Shown in pieces: positions 18,417 to 28,140 of a DNA stretch of 64,000 bases. The stretch covers positions 47,511 to 111,510 of the forward strand of contig CAXQZU010000040.1 in the NCBI GenBank assembly GCA_964228555.1. The letters run 5' to 3'. Positions within the stretch are counted from its first letter, which is position 1, and every line of letters begins with the position of its first letter. The translations under genes were made by a program, and so were the position numbers. The stretch is from Planctomycetota bacterium (GTDB lineage Bacteria > Planctomycetota > PLA2 > JAEUHO01). The notes under the pieces were generated by a model, which was given only the letters and a program-made list of their open reading frames with translations, did not search any database and had not been told where the DNA came from.

Positions 18417-20242
18417 CGGGCACCTCCCTTCGCCATCGCAGGCGACTGCTTCTCGTGCTTGGCGACCTGGTCGGTCACGCTGCGCGCGTCCACCGGCAGG
18501 CCGTCGTAGTGCAGCACGCTGATGCAGCGCGCGGCCAGCTCGGGCCACTCCATGCGCAGCAGCTGCAGCATCTGGGCATCGCGGTTCTGCTCGACCACGT
18601 ACACGCGCTCGTGCGCCGCCAGCCAGTCGCGCACGGAGGGGTGGAACGGGAACGCGCGCAGGCGCAGGTAGTCGGCCTCCAGGCCCACCTCGCTGCGCAG
18701 CTGGTCGCGCGACTCGACCACCGCGTGGTGCGTCGTGCCGTAGGCCAGGATGCCCACCTTGCGACCCTTGCCGTCCGCCACCGGGGCCGGCACGAGGCCG
18801 CGGGCGGTGTCCAGCTTGCGGGCCAGGCGGTCCATGTTGCGGACGTAGGCACCGCCGTCTTCCGTGTAGCGCGCGTGCTCGTCGTGGCCGCTGCCGCGCG
18901 TGAAGTAGGCACCCAGCCCGCCGGGCGTGCCGGGCAGGGAGCGGTACGGGATGCCGTCGCCGTCCACGTCCTTGTAGCGGCCCCAGTCCTTCATGGCCTT
19001 GAGGCCCGCCTCGTCGAGCACCTTGCCGCGGTCGTGGGCCTTCGTGGGGTACTGCCACGGGTCGGCCATCCACAGGTTCATGCCCAGGTCGAGGTCGGTC
19101 ATGACGAACACGATCGTCTGCAGCCGCTCGGCCAGGTCGAAGGACTGCGCCGCCATCTCGTAGGCCTCGCCGATGTCGGCGGGGTAGAGGCAGGGGTGCT
19201 TGCAGTCGCCGTGGCTGAGCAGCGCGGCCTTGAGCACGTCGCCCTGCATCGTGCGCGTGGGCAAGCCCGTGCTGGGGCCGGTGCGCTGCACGTTCATGAT
19301 GACGCCCGGCACCTCGGCGTAGTAGGCCAGGCCCACGAACTCCGCCATCAGGCTGATGCCCGGGCCGCTGGTCGTGGTGAAGGCGCGCGCGCCGCCCCAG
19401 CCCGCGCCCACCACCATGCCGATCGAGGCCAGTTCATCCTCGGCCTGCACCACCGCGAAGGTGGCCTTGCCGTCCGCGTCGCGGCGGTAGCGGTCGGCCA
19501 GGTCGTTGAAGGCCTCCGCCAGGCTCGACGAGGGCGTGATCGGGTACCAGGCCAGCACGGTGGCGCCGCCGAACAGCGCGCCCACGGCGCAGGCCGTGTT
19601 GCCGTCCACCAGCACCTTGCCCGCCGTCTTGTCCATGCGGCGCACCTGGAAGCGCGGGCGGTGCGTGACGTGCTCGCGCGCGTGCTTGACGCCGGCCAGC
19701 ACCGCCGCCTGGTTGAGCTCCAGCGCCTTGGGCTTGCTGCGGAAGGCCTTCTGCAGCGCCTTCTCCACCTCGGCCACCTCGATGCCGAGCATCTCGGCCA
19801 GCACGCCCACGTACACCATGTTCACGACCAGCTTGCGCAGGTCCACCTTGGGGCAGCAGTCGCGCACGATGGCCTGGAAGGGCAGCGCGAGGAAGGTGAC
19901 GTCCTTGCGCGGGTGCTCCTTGAGGATCGTGTCGTCGCAGAGCACGGTGGCGCCCGGCGGCACGCCCATCACGTCCTGCTCCACCGTGGCCGGGTTCATG
20001 CACACCATCACGTCGATCTCGCGGCGGCGCGCGATGTAGCCGTCGGCGTTCGCGCGGATGGTGAACCAGGTGGGCAGGCCCGCGATGTTGCTCGGGAACA
20101 GGTTCTTGCCGGAGACCGGCACGCCCATCTGGAAGATGGAGCGCAGCAGCGTGTTGTTGGCCGTCTGGCTGCCGGAGCCGTTGACGGTGGCCACCTGGAT
20201 GCTCAGGCGGTTGACGATGGGTTCCTGGGCAGGCTCGGGCAT
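18413..20242 (-). CDS. 2-oxoacid:ferredoxin oxidoreductase alpha subunit (gamma-alpha fusion)
   Basis: ATVNGSGSQ, WYPITPSS, QAEDE, TTTSGPG, QRTGPSTGLPTR, VVEQN. Confidence 0.93.
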   Translation of the reverse strand: MPEPAQEPIVNRLSIQVATVNGSGSQTANNTLLRSIFQMGVPVSGKNLFPSNIAGLPTWFTIRANADGYIARRREIDVMVCMNPATVEQDVMGVPPGATVLCDDTILKEHPRKDVTFLALPFQAIVRDCCPKVDLRKLVVNMVYVGVLAEMLGIEVAEVEKALQKAFRSKPKALELNQAAVLAGVKHAREHVTHRPRFQVRRMDKTAGKVLVDGNTACAVGALFGGATVLAWYPITPSSSLAEAFNDLADRYRRDADGKATFAVVQAEDELASIGMVVGAGWGGARAFTTTSGPGISLMAEFVGLAYYAEVPGVIMNVQRTGPSTGLPTRTMQGDVLKAALLSHGDCKHPCLYPADIGEAYEMAAQSFDLAERLQTIVFVMTDLDLGMNLWMADPWQYPTKAHDRGKVLDEAGLKAMKDWGRYKDVDGDGIPYRSLPGTPGGLGAYFTRGSGHDEHARYTEDGGAYVRNMDRLARKLDTARGLVPAPVADGKGRKVGILAYGTTHHAVVESRDQLRSEVGLEADYLRLRAFPFHPSVRDWLAAHERVYVVEQNRDAQMLQLLRMEWPELAARCISVLHYDGLPVDARSVTDQVAKHEKQSPAMAKGGAR

Positions 20243-20444
20243 GGGAAGGGCCTTGCGGGGAGGGCGGGACGCGAGGTCCCGGGCGCCCGGTCCGGGTGCC
20301 GGCGGCGGATTGTACGGGTCGGCCCTCCCCCGCCCCGGAATGCGCGGGGGGGCCACGCGGTGCGGCGCCAGCGCCCGAGGCCGCGGCGCGGGGCGCCCGC
20401 GCGGGGCCCGCGCCCCGGCCGCCGCCGGGCTCGCCGCCCGCGCG

Positions 20445-21464
20445 CTAGCGCTGGGCGATGGACTGCAGCCCCAGCGCCTGGCAGGCCCAGTAGGTGCCTG
20501 CGCTCACCAGCGCCGCCGCCGGGATGGTGAGCACCCAGGCCCAGAGGATCTTCTTGGCCACCTCCCAGCGCACCGAGCGCATGCGCTTGACCACGCCCGT
20601 GCCCATGATGCTGCCGGTGATGCTGTGCGTGGTGCTGACCGGGATGCCGGTCACGGCGGTGCCCATCAGCACCAGGCTGCCGGCCATCTCGGCGCAGAAG
20701 CCCTGCTCGGGACGCAGCTTGGTGAGCTTGCTGCCCATCGTCTGGATCACCTTCCACCCGCCCAGCAAGGTGCCCAGCCCGATCGCCGTGTGGGCCGCGA
20801 TCACCACCCACAGCTGCACGTCGGGGACGCCCGAGGCCCCCACCTGCTGCACGCCGCCGGCCACCAGCGCGGCGGTCATGATGCCCATGATCTTCTGCGC
20901 GTCGTTGCTGCCGTGGCCCAGGCTGAACGCGGCCGACGACAGCAGCTGGCCGATGCGGGCGAGGCGGTCCACGCGCCGCGGCGTGCTGTTGCGGAACACC
21001 CAGTAGGTGATGGTCATGAGCACCGCGCCCACGACGAGGCCGATGAGCGGGGCGAGCAGGATGAACCACAGGGTGGGCTCGAGCTTGGCGAAGTTGATCG
21101 CGCCCCAGCCCTGCGCCGCCCAGCCCGCGCCCACGAGGCCGCCCATCAGGCTGTGGCTCACGCTGATGGGCAGCCCGGCCATGGTGCAGCCGTGGGCCCA
21201 GGCGATGGCGCCGACGAGGCCCGCCAGCACCAGCGAGAGGTCGGCCTGCGCCGCAGGCACCACGCTGGATACGGTCTTGGCCACGGCCGTGCCGACGAAC
21301 ACCATCGCCGCCGCGTTCCAGAAGGCGGCCCACGCCACGGCCTGGCGCGGCGTCAGCACGCGCGTGGACACCACCGTGGCGATGGAGTTGGCCGCGTCGT
21401 TCATGCCGTTGACGAAGTCGAACAGCAAGGCCAGCGCGATGATGATGACGACCAGCGTGAGCAT
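20445..21464 (-). CDS. pit: inorganic phosphate transporter (PiT family)
   Basis: NGMNDAANSIAT and HGSNDAQK signature motifs, PVSTTH. Confidence 0.93.
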   Translation of the reverse strand: MLTLVVIIIALALLFDFVNGMNDAANSIATVVSTRVLTPRQAVAWAAFWNAAAMVFVGTAVAKTVSSVVPAAQADLSLVLAGLVGAIAWAHGCTMAGLPISVSHSLMGGLVGAGWAAQGWGAINFAKLEPTLWFILLAPLIGLVVGAVLMTITYWVFRNSTPRRVDRLARIGQLLSSAAFSLGHGSNDAQKIMGIMTAALVAGGVQQVGASGVPDVQLWVVIAAHTAIGLGTLLGGWKVIQTMGSKLTKLRPEQGFCAEMAGSLVLMGTAVTGIPVSTTHSITGSIMGTGVVKRMRSVRWEVAKKILWAWVLTIPAAALVSAGTYWACQALGLQSIAQR

Positions 21465-21491
21465 GCGGTCGGGCTCCCGGGAACGCGCGGG

Positions 21492-22118
21492 CTAGGCGTA
21501 CTCGAGCAGGATGTTCTCGATCTGGTCGGCCACGTCCTCGCAGCGGTCGGTGGCCGTCTCGAGGTGCTCGTACACCTCCTTCCACTTGATGATGTCGCGC
21601 GCGTCCTGCATGGTGCGGAACAGGTCGCCGATGGCCGGGCGCAGGATGCTGTCCGCCTTGTTCTCCAGCGTGTGGATCTGCACCAGCTTCTGGCGCAGGC
21701 CCTCGGCATCCTTCAGGTTGTCGAGGCTGGCGACGGCGTCGCGCACGATCTCGGTGAGCTCGACGAGCACGTCCACCAGCGCCTGCAGCGGGGCGTTCGT
21801 GGTGTGCAGCTCGTAGTGCAGCATGCGCTGCGCGGCACCCTCGACGAGGTCGATGATGTCGTCGAGGCGCCGGCAGATCGTGCTGATCTCGTTGCGGTCC
21901 AGCGGCGTGATGAAGGTGCGCTGCAGCGCGAGCAAGACCTGGTGCAGGTGCTCGTCCGCCTGGCTCTCGATGGCGCGGATGGCCTCCACGCGCGCCTTCA
22001 CCTCGGCCGGGTTCTTGACCAGGTCGCGGTAGGCCTTGGCGATCTCGACGGCCTTGCCCGCCGAGGTCTCCATGTGGGTGAAGAAGATGTCCTTGCGAGG
22101 CAGCAGGCGTCGGAACAC
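21492..22118 (-). CDS. DUF47 / PhoU-like phosphate transport regulator
   Basis: ESQAD...TFITPLDR.EI...LDDIID, ENKAD, KWKEVYEHLE.ATDRCEDVA; GTG after GGGAGG; upstream of pit. Confidence 0.9.
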   Translation of the reverse strand: MFRRLLPRKDIFFTHMETSAGKAVEIAKAYRDLVKNPAEVKARVEAIRAIESQADEHLHQVLLALQRTFITPLDRNEISTICRRLDDIIDLVEGAAQRMLHYELHTTNAPLQALVDVLVELTEIVRDAVASLDNLKDAEGLRQKLVQIHTLENKADSILRPAIGDLFRTMQDARDIIKWKEVYEHLETATDRCEDVADQIENILLEYA

Positions 22119-22374
22119 GGGACCTCCCTGCCAGTGCCAGGACGCAAGCACCCCCGCCCCGCAAGCGCCCTCAGGCGCGTCGCGGGCCACGGGTGCGTGC
22201 ATGACCCGGCGTGCTCCCGCCTGGAGCCCGCCGGCCTGGTTGCCTGGCCGGGAGTCACCATCCCAAGGGGGGCGGACGGCCGGCACGGAAAGGCTGGGCG
22301 GCCCCAGCCCGCCGGGGACCCGGCCCCGTAGTGTGGCCTCCCTCTCGCCTCCCCCACCCCCCCGGAGCCTGTCC

Positions 22375-23007
22375 ATGCCTCGCCTGCGCCTCGCCCTGCT
22401 CGCCGCCCTGCTCGTCCCCAGCCTCGCGCTGGCCGGCGCCATGCGCCTGCTGGCCGAGGACCTCGACGTGCCTGGCCTCTTCGACTCGGCCAAGGCGGCC
22501 TTCGGCGAGAAGCGCTACGGCAAGGCCTGGAGCGACCTGCAGCTGGTGCTGGCCGAGGTGGCCCGCTTCCGTGCGGAGGCGCTCAAGGAGGTCATGCCCA
22601 AGGCTCCCGCCGGCTGGACCGCCGAGGACGCCGAGGCCGGCAACGCAGGGGGCTGGGCATGGGTGTCGCTGGGCACGCAGGTGACGCGTCGCTACACGAA
22701 GGGCGAGAGCAGCTCGGTGGAGGTGCAGCTCACGGCCGACGCGCCGGCCATGCTGCTCACGGGCCTCACGATGTTCCTGACCAATCCCGCGATGGTGCCT
22801 TCCGGCTCGAAGATCGTGATGATCAAGGGCCGCCGCGCCCTGCTGGAGTACGACAAGGAAGGTCGCTCGGGCAACCTGCAGGTGCTGCTCAACGCGCCCA
22901 ACGCCTTCCTGCGCATCCAGGGCAACGATGTCGCCGCCAGCGAGCTGGGCGAGGCCTTCCCCGCCGCCATCGACCTCGACGCCCTCGAGAAGGCCATCAC
23001 GAACTGA
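22375..23007 (+). CDS. hypothetical exported protein
   Basis: Signal peptide MPRLRLALLAALLVPSLALA; strong GC3 codon bias. Confidence 0.7.
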   Translation: MPRLRLALLAALLVPSLALAGAMRLLAEDLDVPGLFDSAKAAFGEKRYGKAWSDLQLVLAEVARFRAEALKEVMPKAPAGWTAEDAEAGNAGGWAWVSLGTQVTRRYTKGESSSVEVQLTADAPAMLLTGLTMFLTNPAMVPSGSKIVMIKGRRALLEYDKEGRSGNLQVLLNAPNAFLRIQGNDVAASELGEAFPAAIDLDALEKAITN

Positions 23008-23098
23008 GCGCGCGCACCGAACCCCGCCCTGCGGGCCTCCCCCATCCGGCGCTGCGCCCGGCGTGCCCCGCCCGCCGCGCGACGGCTAGCGTGAGGGC

Positions 23099-24589
23099 AT
23101 GACGACCTCTCGCACGGTGCTGGTGACGGGTGCCACGGGCTACGTGGGCGGGCGCCTCGTGCCGCGCCTGCTCGAGGCCGGCTGGCGCGTGCGCGTGCTG
23201 GCGCGCGACCCCGCCCGGCTGGAGGGACGCCCGTGGCGCCCGCAGGTGGAGGTGGTGCGGGGCGACGTGCTCGACCCGGCCACGCTGCCGTCCGCCATGG
23301 CCGGCGTCGAGGCCGCGGCCTACCTCGTGCACAGCATGCGTGGCGGCGAGGGCTTCGAGCAACGCGACCTGGACGCGGCGCGCGCCTTCGGCCGTGCGGC
23401 CGCGGCCGCGGGCGTGCGGCGCATCATCTACCTGGGCGGCCTGGGCGACCCGGCCAGCGACCTCTCCCACCACCTGCGCTCGCGCCAGGAGAGCGGCGCG
23501 GCGCTGCGCGAGGCCGGCGTGCCCGTCACCGAGCTGCGCGCCGGCGTCATCGTCGGCTCGGGCAGCATCTCCTTCGAGATCGTGCGCTACCTCACGGAGC
23601 GCCTGCCCGTGATGATCTGCCCCTCGTGGGTGGCCACGCGCGCCCAGCCCATCGCCATCCGCGACGTGCTGGCCTACCTCGTGGCGGCGCTGGCCGGCGG
23701 CCCCAGCGAGGGGCGCACCGTGGAGGTGGGCGGCGCCGACGTGCTCACCTACGGCGAGATGATGCGCGGCTATGCGCGGGCCCGCGGCCTGCGCCGCTGG
23801 CTGGTCTCGGTGCCCGTGCTCACGCCGCGCCTCTCGTCCTACTGGGTGCACTGGGTCACGCCCATCCCGGCCGACATCGTGCGGCCGCTCATCGAGGGCC
23901 TGCGCAACGAGGTGGTCGTGCGCGACGGCGGGCTGGCCCGCCAGCTGTTCCCCGAGGTGGTGCCGCTGGCCTACGACGAGGCGCTGCGCCTGGCGCTGGC
24001 GCGGCTGGAGGCCGCCAGCGTCGAGACCTCGTGGAGCGACCCGCTGGCGGCCAGCCGGGCTGACCGCCCGCCGGTGCAGCTCGCCGTGCGCGAGGGCTTG
24101 GTGTTCGAGCGCCGCGAGGCGCATGCCGCCGCGCCGGCCGGGCACCTCTTCGCCACGGTCGAGGGCATCGGCGGCGCGCGCGGCTGGCCCAGCTGGAACC
24201 TCGCCTGGCGCGTGCGCGGGATGCTCGACCGGCTGGTGGGCGGCGTGGGCCTGCGTCGCGGGCGGCGCGACCCGGACCGCCTGCGCACGGGCGACGCGCT
24301 GGACTTCTGGCGCGTGGAGCACCTCGAGCCGGGCCGCTGCCTGCGCCTGCGGGCCGAGATGAAGGTGCCGGGCGAGGCCTGGCTGGAGTTCGAGGTCCGG
24401 CCCGAGGCCGACGGCGGCAGCCGCCTCGTCCAGACGGCGATCTTCGCGCCGCGCGGGCTGTGGGGCCACGTCTACTGGAACATCCTCTACCCGCTGCACG
24501 GGCCCATCTTCGGCAGCATGGTGCGCCGCCTGGCGGCCGCGGCCGAGGCGCGCGCACGTGCCGCGGGCCCCGGGCCGGGGCCCGCGTAG
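23099..24589 (+). CDS. atypical SDR NAD(P)-binding oxidoreductase with C-terminal DUF2867-like domain (YbjT-like)
   Basis: LVTGATGYVG, YLVHSM, SRQE, GDALDFWRVE, AEMKVPGEAWLEF. Confidence 0.88.
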   Translation: MTTSRTVLVTGATGYVGGRLVPRLLEAGWRVRVLARDPARLEGRPWRPQVEVVRGDVLDPATLPSAMAGVEAAAYLVHSMRGGEGFEQRDLDAARAFGRAAAAAGVRRIIYLGGLGDPASDLSHHLRSRQESGAALREAGVPVTELRAGVIVGSGSISFEIVRYLTERLPVMICPSWVATRAQPIAIRDVLAYLVAALAGGPSEGRTVEVGGADVLTYGEMMRGYARARGLRRWLVSVPVLTPRLSSYWVHWVTPIPADIVRPLIEGLRNEVVVRDGGLARQLFPEVVPLAYDEALRLALARLEAASVETSWSDPLAASRADRPPVQLAVREGLVFERREAHAAAPAGHLFATVEGIGGARGWPSWNLAWRVRGMLDRLVGGVGLRRGRRDPDRLRTGDALDFWRVEHLEPGRCLRLRAEMKVPGEAWLEFEVRPEADGGSRLVQTAIFAPRGLWGHVYWNILYPLHGPIFGSMVRRLAAAAEARARAAGPGPGPA

Positions 24590-24602
24590 GCGACGGCCCT
24601 CC

Positions 24603-26060
24603 TCAGCGGGAGATCAGGTCCACGCGGCCGTCCTCGCTCACCACCACGGCGAGGCAGCGCTGCTCGGTGGAGTGCACGTAGCGCAGCGCGGAGTTGTAGC
24701 GCGCCCCGCGCGCGGGGTCCCCGATGCGGTGCGAGACGCCGTCAAGGATCACGCCGACGGCGAAGCAGGTGGCATCCAGGCCCACCAGCACGGCGCCGTC
24801 CATGCTGCTCACGGCGCGCAGCGTCTCGGCGTCCAGCGGCGCCGGCGTGACAGGCATGCCCTGGAAGGCCAGGCGCTCGGCCTCGTTGCGCGCGTCGCGC
24901 GAGATCAGCAGGATCGTGCCCTTGGGCTGCTCGCTGGCCGCACGCGCCAGGCGCAGCAGGACCTGCAGGTCCTCCTCGTCCACGAGGCCGAACGCGCGCG
25001 TCATCCATGCCAGGAAGCGCTGCTCGCTGAACGCATCCCGCACCAGGCGGGGACGGCCGTAGGTGACGCGCATCAGGCGGCGCAGGCCACGTGCCATCTC
25101 CCAGGTGGAGTGATCCTCGAAGGTGATCACGAACAGGCTCTCGCCGGCCAGCGAGCGCGTGATGTCCAGCGTGCCCAGCGCATGCACGTGCGATCCGTCG
25201 CTGAGCAGCGACACGCCCTGCCGGCAGGTGACGAGCAGCTTGCGCACCACGGGCACGTCGTGCAGCCGCACCGGCGCGGCCAGCACCATGCGCCGCTGCA
25301 GGCCGGGATGGCCGGGCCGCGCCACGATGATGCGGCCGCGCGTGCCCCGCCCCTCGTGCGGCATCCCGGCCAGCGTGGTGCAGGTCTGGAACAGCCCGCG
25401 CAGGTCGAGGTCCTGGCCGGCGCCCAGCGCCGGACGGTCGGCAAGGCGACGACCGGCGCTGGCCAGCACCTCCTCCGGGTCGTGGTCCAGCAGGGGCTCG
25501 CTGCCCCGCTCTGCCGAGTCCAGCACCGCCGCCGAGAAGCGCCGCAGCAGGTCGTGGGTGACCGCATCCAGCAGGGAGGTGGGCCGCCGCTCGCGCCGGT
25601 CCAGATCGCCATCCTGCAGGCTGTCGTAGGCGCTCCACGCGGCACGCGCCACGCGCACGATGGGCAGCAGCGCCCCGCCCTCCACGCTGCGGCCCTCGCC
25701 TGCGAACCACGACCACTCGCCGGCCGGCTCGTGGGCGGCGAGCACCTGCTGCAGGCCGTGACGCCACGCCTCCAGCACGCGGGCGCGCGCGCCGGAGGGC
25801 GAGGGAGTCGCATCGGCAGGCTGGGCGGCGCGGGCACGTTCCACCTGCGGGAGCAGGGCGCTGGGCAGGGCCAGCGCCGCGGGCTCGAAGGCCGCGGCAC
25901 GCAGGCCGGCCACGCCGCCGGTGGCCTCCAGCCGCAGCACGCCGACCTGCGGGTTGAGCGTGCGGTCCAGCCCGTCGTAGGTGGCCTGCGCCAGGGCCTG
26001 CGCGGCGGCCACGAAGCGCGCCCCGTGGGGCCATGCAGGGAGGGAGGTGGGCGCGCTCAT
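24603..26060 (-). CDS. diadenylate cyclase (DisA_N/DAC) domain protein with large N-terminal sensor-like region
   Basis: C-terminal GTILLIS...MDGAVLV...GVILDG...GDPARGARYNSA...VVSEDG. Confidence 0.82.
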   Translation of the reverse strand: MSAPTSLPAWPHGARFVAAAQALAQATYDGLDRTLNPQVGVLRLEATGGVAGLRAAAFEPAALALPSALLPQVERARAAQPADATPSPSGARARVLEAWRHGLQQVLAAHEPAGEWSWFAGEGRSVEGGALLPIVRVARAAWSAYDSLQDGDLDRRERRPTSLLDAVTHDLLRRFSAAVLDSAERGSEPLLDHDPEEVLASAGRRLADRPALGAGQDLDLRGLFQTCTTLAGMPHEGRGTRGRIIVARPGHPGLQRRMVLAAPVRLHDVPVVRKLLVTCRQGVSLLSDGSHVHALGTLDITRSLAGESLFVITFEDHSTWEMARGLRRLMRVTYGRPRLVRDAFSEQRFLAWMTRAFGLVDEEDLQVLLRLARAASEQPKGTILLISRDARNEAERLAFQGMPVTPAPLDAETLRAVSSMDGAVLVGLDATCFAVGVILDGVSHRIGDPARGARYNSALRYVHSTEQRCLAVVVSEDGRVDLISR

Positions 26061-26134
26061 GGGGTCACGGGGCCGGCGCGCGACTCTACCGTCCGGCGCG
26101 GCGCAGGCACAGGCGTCGCTCGCGGCCCGGGGCA

Positions 26135-28102
26135 TCACGCGTGCGCGCCGGGCTCCAGCACCATCGCCCGCACGGCGAGGATGGCCTCGGGCGTGCCCAT
26201 CACGGCCAGCCGGTCGCCCACCGCCAGCGGCACCTCGGGATCCGGGCTTGCCCGCGTGCTGCCGTCGCGGGTGTGCGCGATCACCATCGCCCCCGTGCGC
26301 TGGCGCACGTCCAGCGCCCGCAGCGAACGGCCCACCACGGCGCTGCCGGGCGCCACGACCAGCGTGCTCACGTCGGCCTCGGCCAGCAGGGCGTCGAGGT
26401 CCTCGGCCGGCGCGGGCGGCAGCGCCCCGTCCAGCAGCGCCGCGTAGCGCTCGCGCCGGATGCGCGCCTTCTCGCGCGCCACGAGGCGGTCGCTGATGCC
26501 GTAGGCCGCCAGCGCCCGGCCAGCCAGCTCCAGCGAGGTCTCGAACTCCTCGCTCACCACGTCCTGCGCCCCCAGCGCGCGCAGCGCATCCACCTCGGCC
26601 AGCAGGCGCGTGCGCACCGCGATGTAGAGGTCGGGCCGCAGCTTGCGCGCCACCGCCACGATCTGGCGGGCTGCAGCCGGGTCGGGGATGGCGATCACCA
26701 GGGCACGCGCATGCTCGATGGCCATGTGGCGCAGCATGCCCTCTTGCGTGGCGTCGCCGTAGGCGGCGTGGGGCACGAGGCCCTTGACCTCGCGCACCGT
26801 GGCGGGGTTGAGGTCGATCACGGCATGGGGCACGCGGTGCCGCAACAGCACGCGCCCGACGTTGCGCCCGGTGACGCCGTAGCCCACGAGCACCACGTGG
26901 TCGTCCAGCGGCGGCAGGGCAGCCCCCGCCGGGCCGGCAGACGGCGCGCGCAGGCCCCGGCGGTCCGCCAGCGCCGAGAGGGCCCGCACCAGGCCGGGTG
27001 ACAGCGCCATGGAGAGCACGGCCACGCTCACGAACTGCGCCTGCAGCACCTCGGGGAACAGGCCGTGCTGCGCCCCCGCCGCCGCCAGCACGAAGGAGAA
27101 CTCGCCCACCTGCGCGACGCCGGCCGAGCCCAGCACCATCCCGCGCGGTCCCAGCCGCAGGGCCAGCGCCGGCAGCGCACCCGTGAACAGCTTGAGCGCC
27201 ACGGCGCCCACCACGAGCCCCAACGACAGCAGCGGCGACTGTGCCCACGCGGCTGGGTCCACCATCATGCCCACCGAGGCGAAGAACAGGCTGCCGAGCG
27301 CGTCCTTGAGCGGCGTGATCTCGCTCAAGGCCTGGTGCGCGTACGGGCTGCCCGCCAGCACGATGCCGGCCAGGAAGGCGCCCAGCGGCGCCGAGCCGGC
27401 CACGAGGCCGCACAGCCACGCGGTGCCCAGCGCCCCCACGAGCGTGGCCAGCGTGAACGCCTCGCGGCTGCGGGTGCGCACGACCCGCTCGAGGAACCAC
27501 GGCACGAGGTAGCGCGCTGCGAGGGCCAGGCCCGCCAGCTGCAGCGCCGTCAGCGCCAGCGCCCCCCACGCAGCACCGGTCTCGCTGGCCGTGCCGGCCC
27601 ACAGCGGCAGGAACAGGATGGCGGGCACCACGCTCAGGTCCTGCGCGATCGACACGCCCAGCCCGAAGCGACCGTGCGGGGCCCCCACCTCGCCGCGATC
27701 GGTGAGCACGCGCAACAGCACGGTGGTGCTGGTCTGCGCCACCATGTAGCCGAGGAACGTGGCCTGCCCCAGCGTGAGGCCCATGGCCCGCGCGGGCACG
27801 GCCACCAGCGCCACCGTGAGCAGCACCTGCAGGCCGCCGCCCAGCAGCACGTACGAGCGCAGCCGCAGCAGGTCCCCGACCGAGAACTGCAGGCCCACCG
27901 TGAACAGCAGGAACACCACGCCGATCTCGCCCAGCTGGCGGCTGGCATCCTGCGAGGCGATCAGCGCCGTCCCGTGGGGCCCCACGAGCAGCCCGGCCAG
28001 CAGGAAGCAGACCACGGAGGGGACGCGCAGCCGGCCCAGCAGCCCCACGGCAACCAGCGACGCCGCCATCACGATCACGATGTCGCGCAGCAGGCTGTCC
28101 AT
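26135..28102 (-). CDS. CPA2-family cation:proton antiporter with RCK_N and RCK_C domains
   Basis: GEIGVVFLLFTVGLQFS, QD, GAFLAG, QVGEFSFVL; VGYGVTG..YGDATQ (RCK_N); GSAVVGRSLRALDVRQRTGAMVIA..GDRLAVMG (RCK_C). Confidence 0.92.
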   Translation of the reverse strand: MDSLLRDIVIVMAASLVAVGLLGRLRVPSVVCFLLAGLLVGPHGTALIASQDASRQLGEIGVVFLLFTVGLQFSVGDLLRLRSYVLLGGGLQVLLTVALVAVPARAMGLTLGQATFLGYMVAQTSTTVLLRVLTDRGEVGAPHGRFGLGVSIAQDLSVVPAILFLPLWAGTASETGAAWGALALTALQLAGLALAARYLVPWFLERVVRTRSREAFTLATLVGALGTAWLCGLVAGSAPLGAFLAGIVLAGSPYAHQALSEITPLKDALGSLFFASVGMMVDPAAWAQSPLLSLGLVVGAVALKLFTGALPALALRLGPRGMVLGSAGVAQVGEFSFVLAAAGAQHGLFPEVLQAQFVSVAVLSMALSPGLVRALSALADRRGLRAPSAGPAGAALPPLDDHVVLVGYGVTGRNVGRVLLRHRVPHAVIDLNPATVREVKGLVPHAAYGDATQEGMLRHMAIEHARALVIAIPDPAAARQIVAVARKLRPDLYIAVRTRLLAEVDALRALGAQDVVSEEFETSLELAGRALAAYGISDRLVAREKARIRRERYAALLDGALPPAPAEDLDALLAEADVSTLVVAPGSAVVGRSLRALDVRQRTGAMVIAHTRDGSTRASPDPEVPLAVGDRLAVMGTPEAILAVRAMVLEPGAHA

Positions 28103-28140
28103 GCACGCCCTCGGGGATGGCGGGGGTATACCACGCTTGC

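Noticed and set aside
22120-22330. Pho box upstream of DUF47-pit
   Set aside because: I found no convincing 11-bp-periodic TGTCA repeats.
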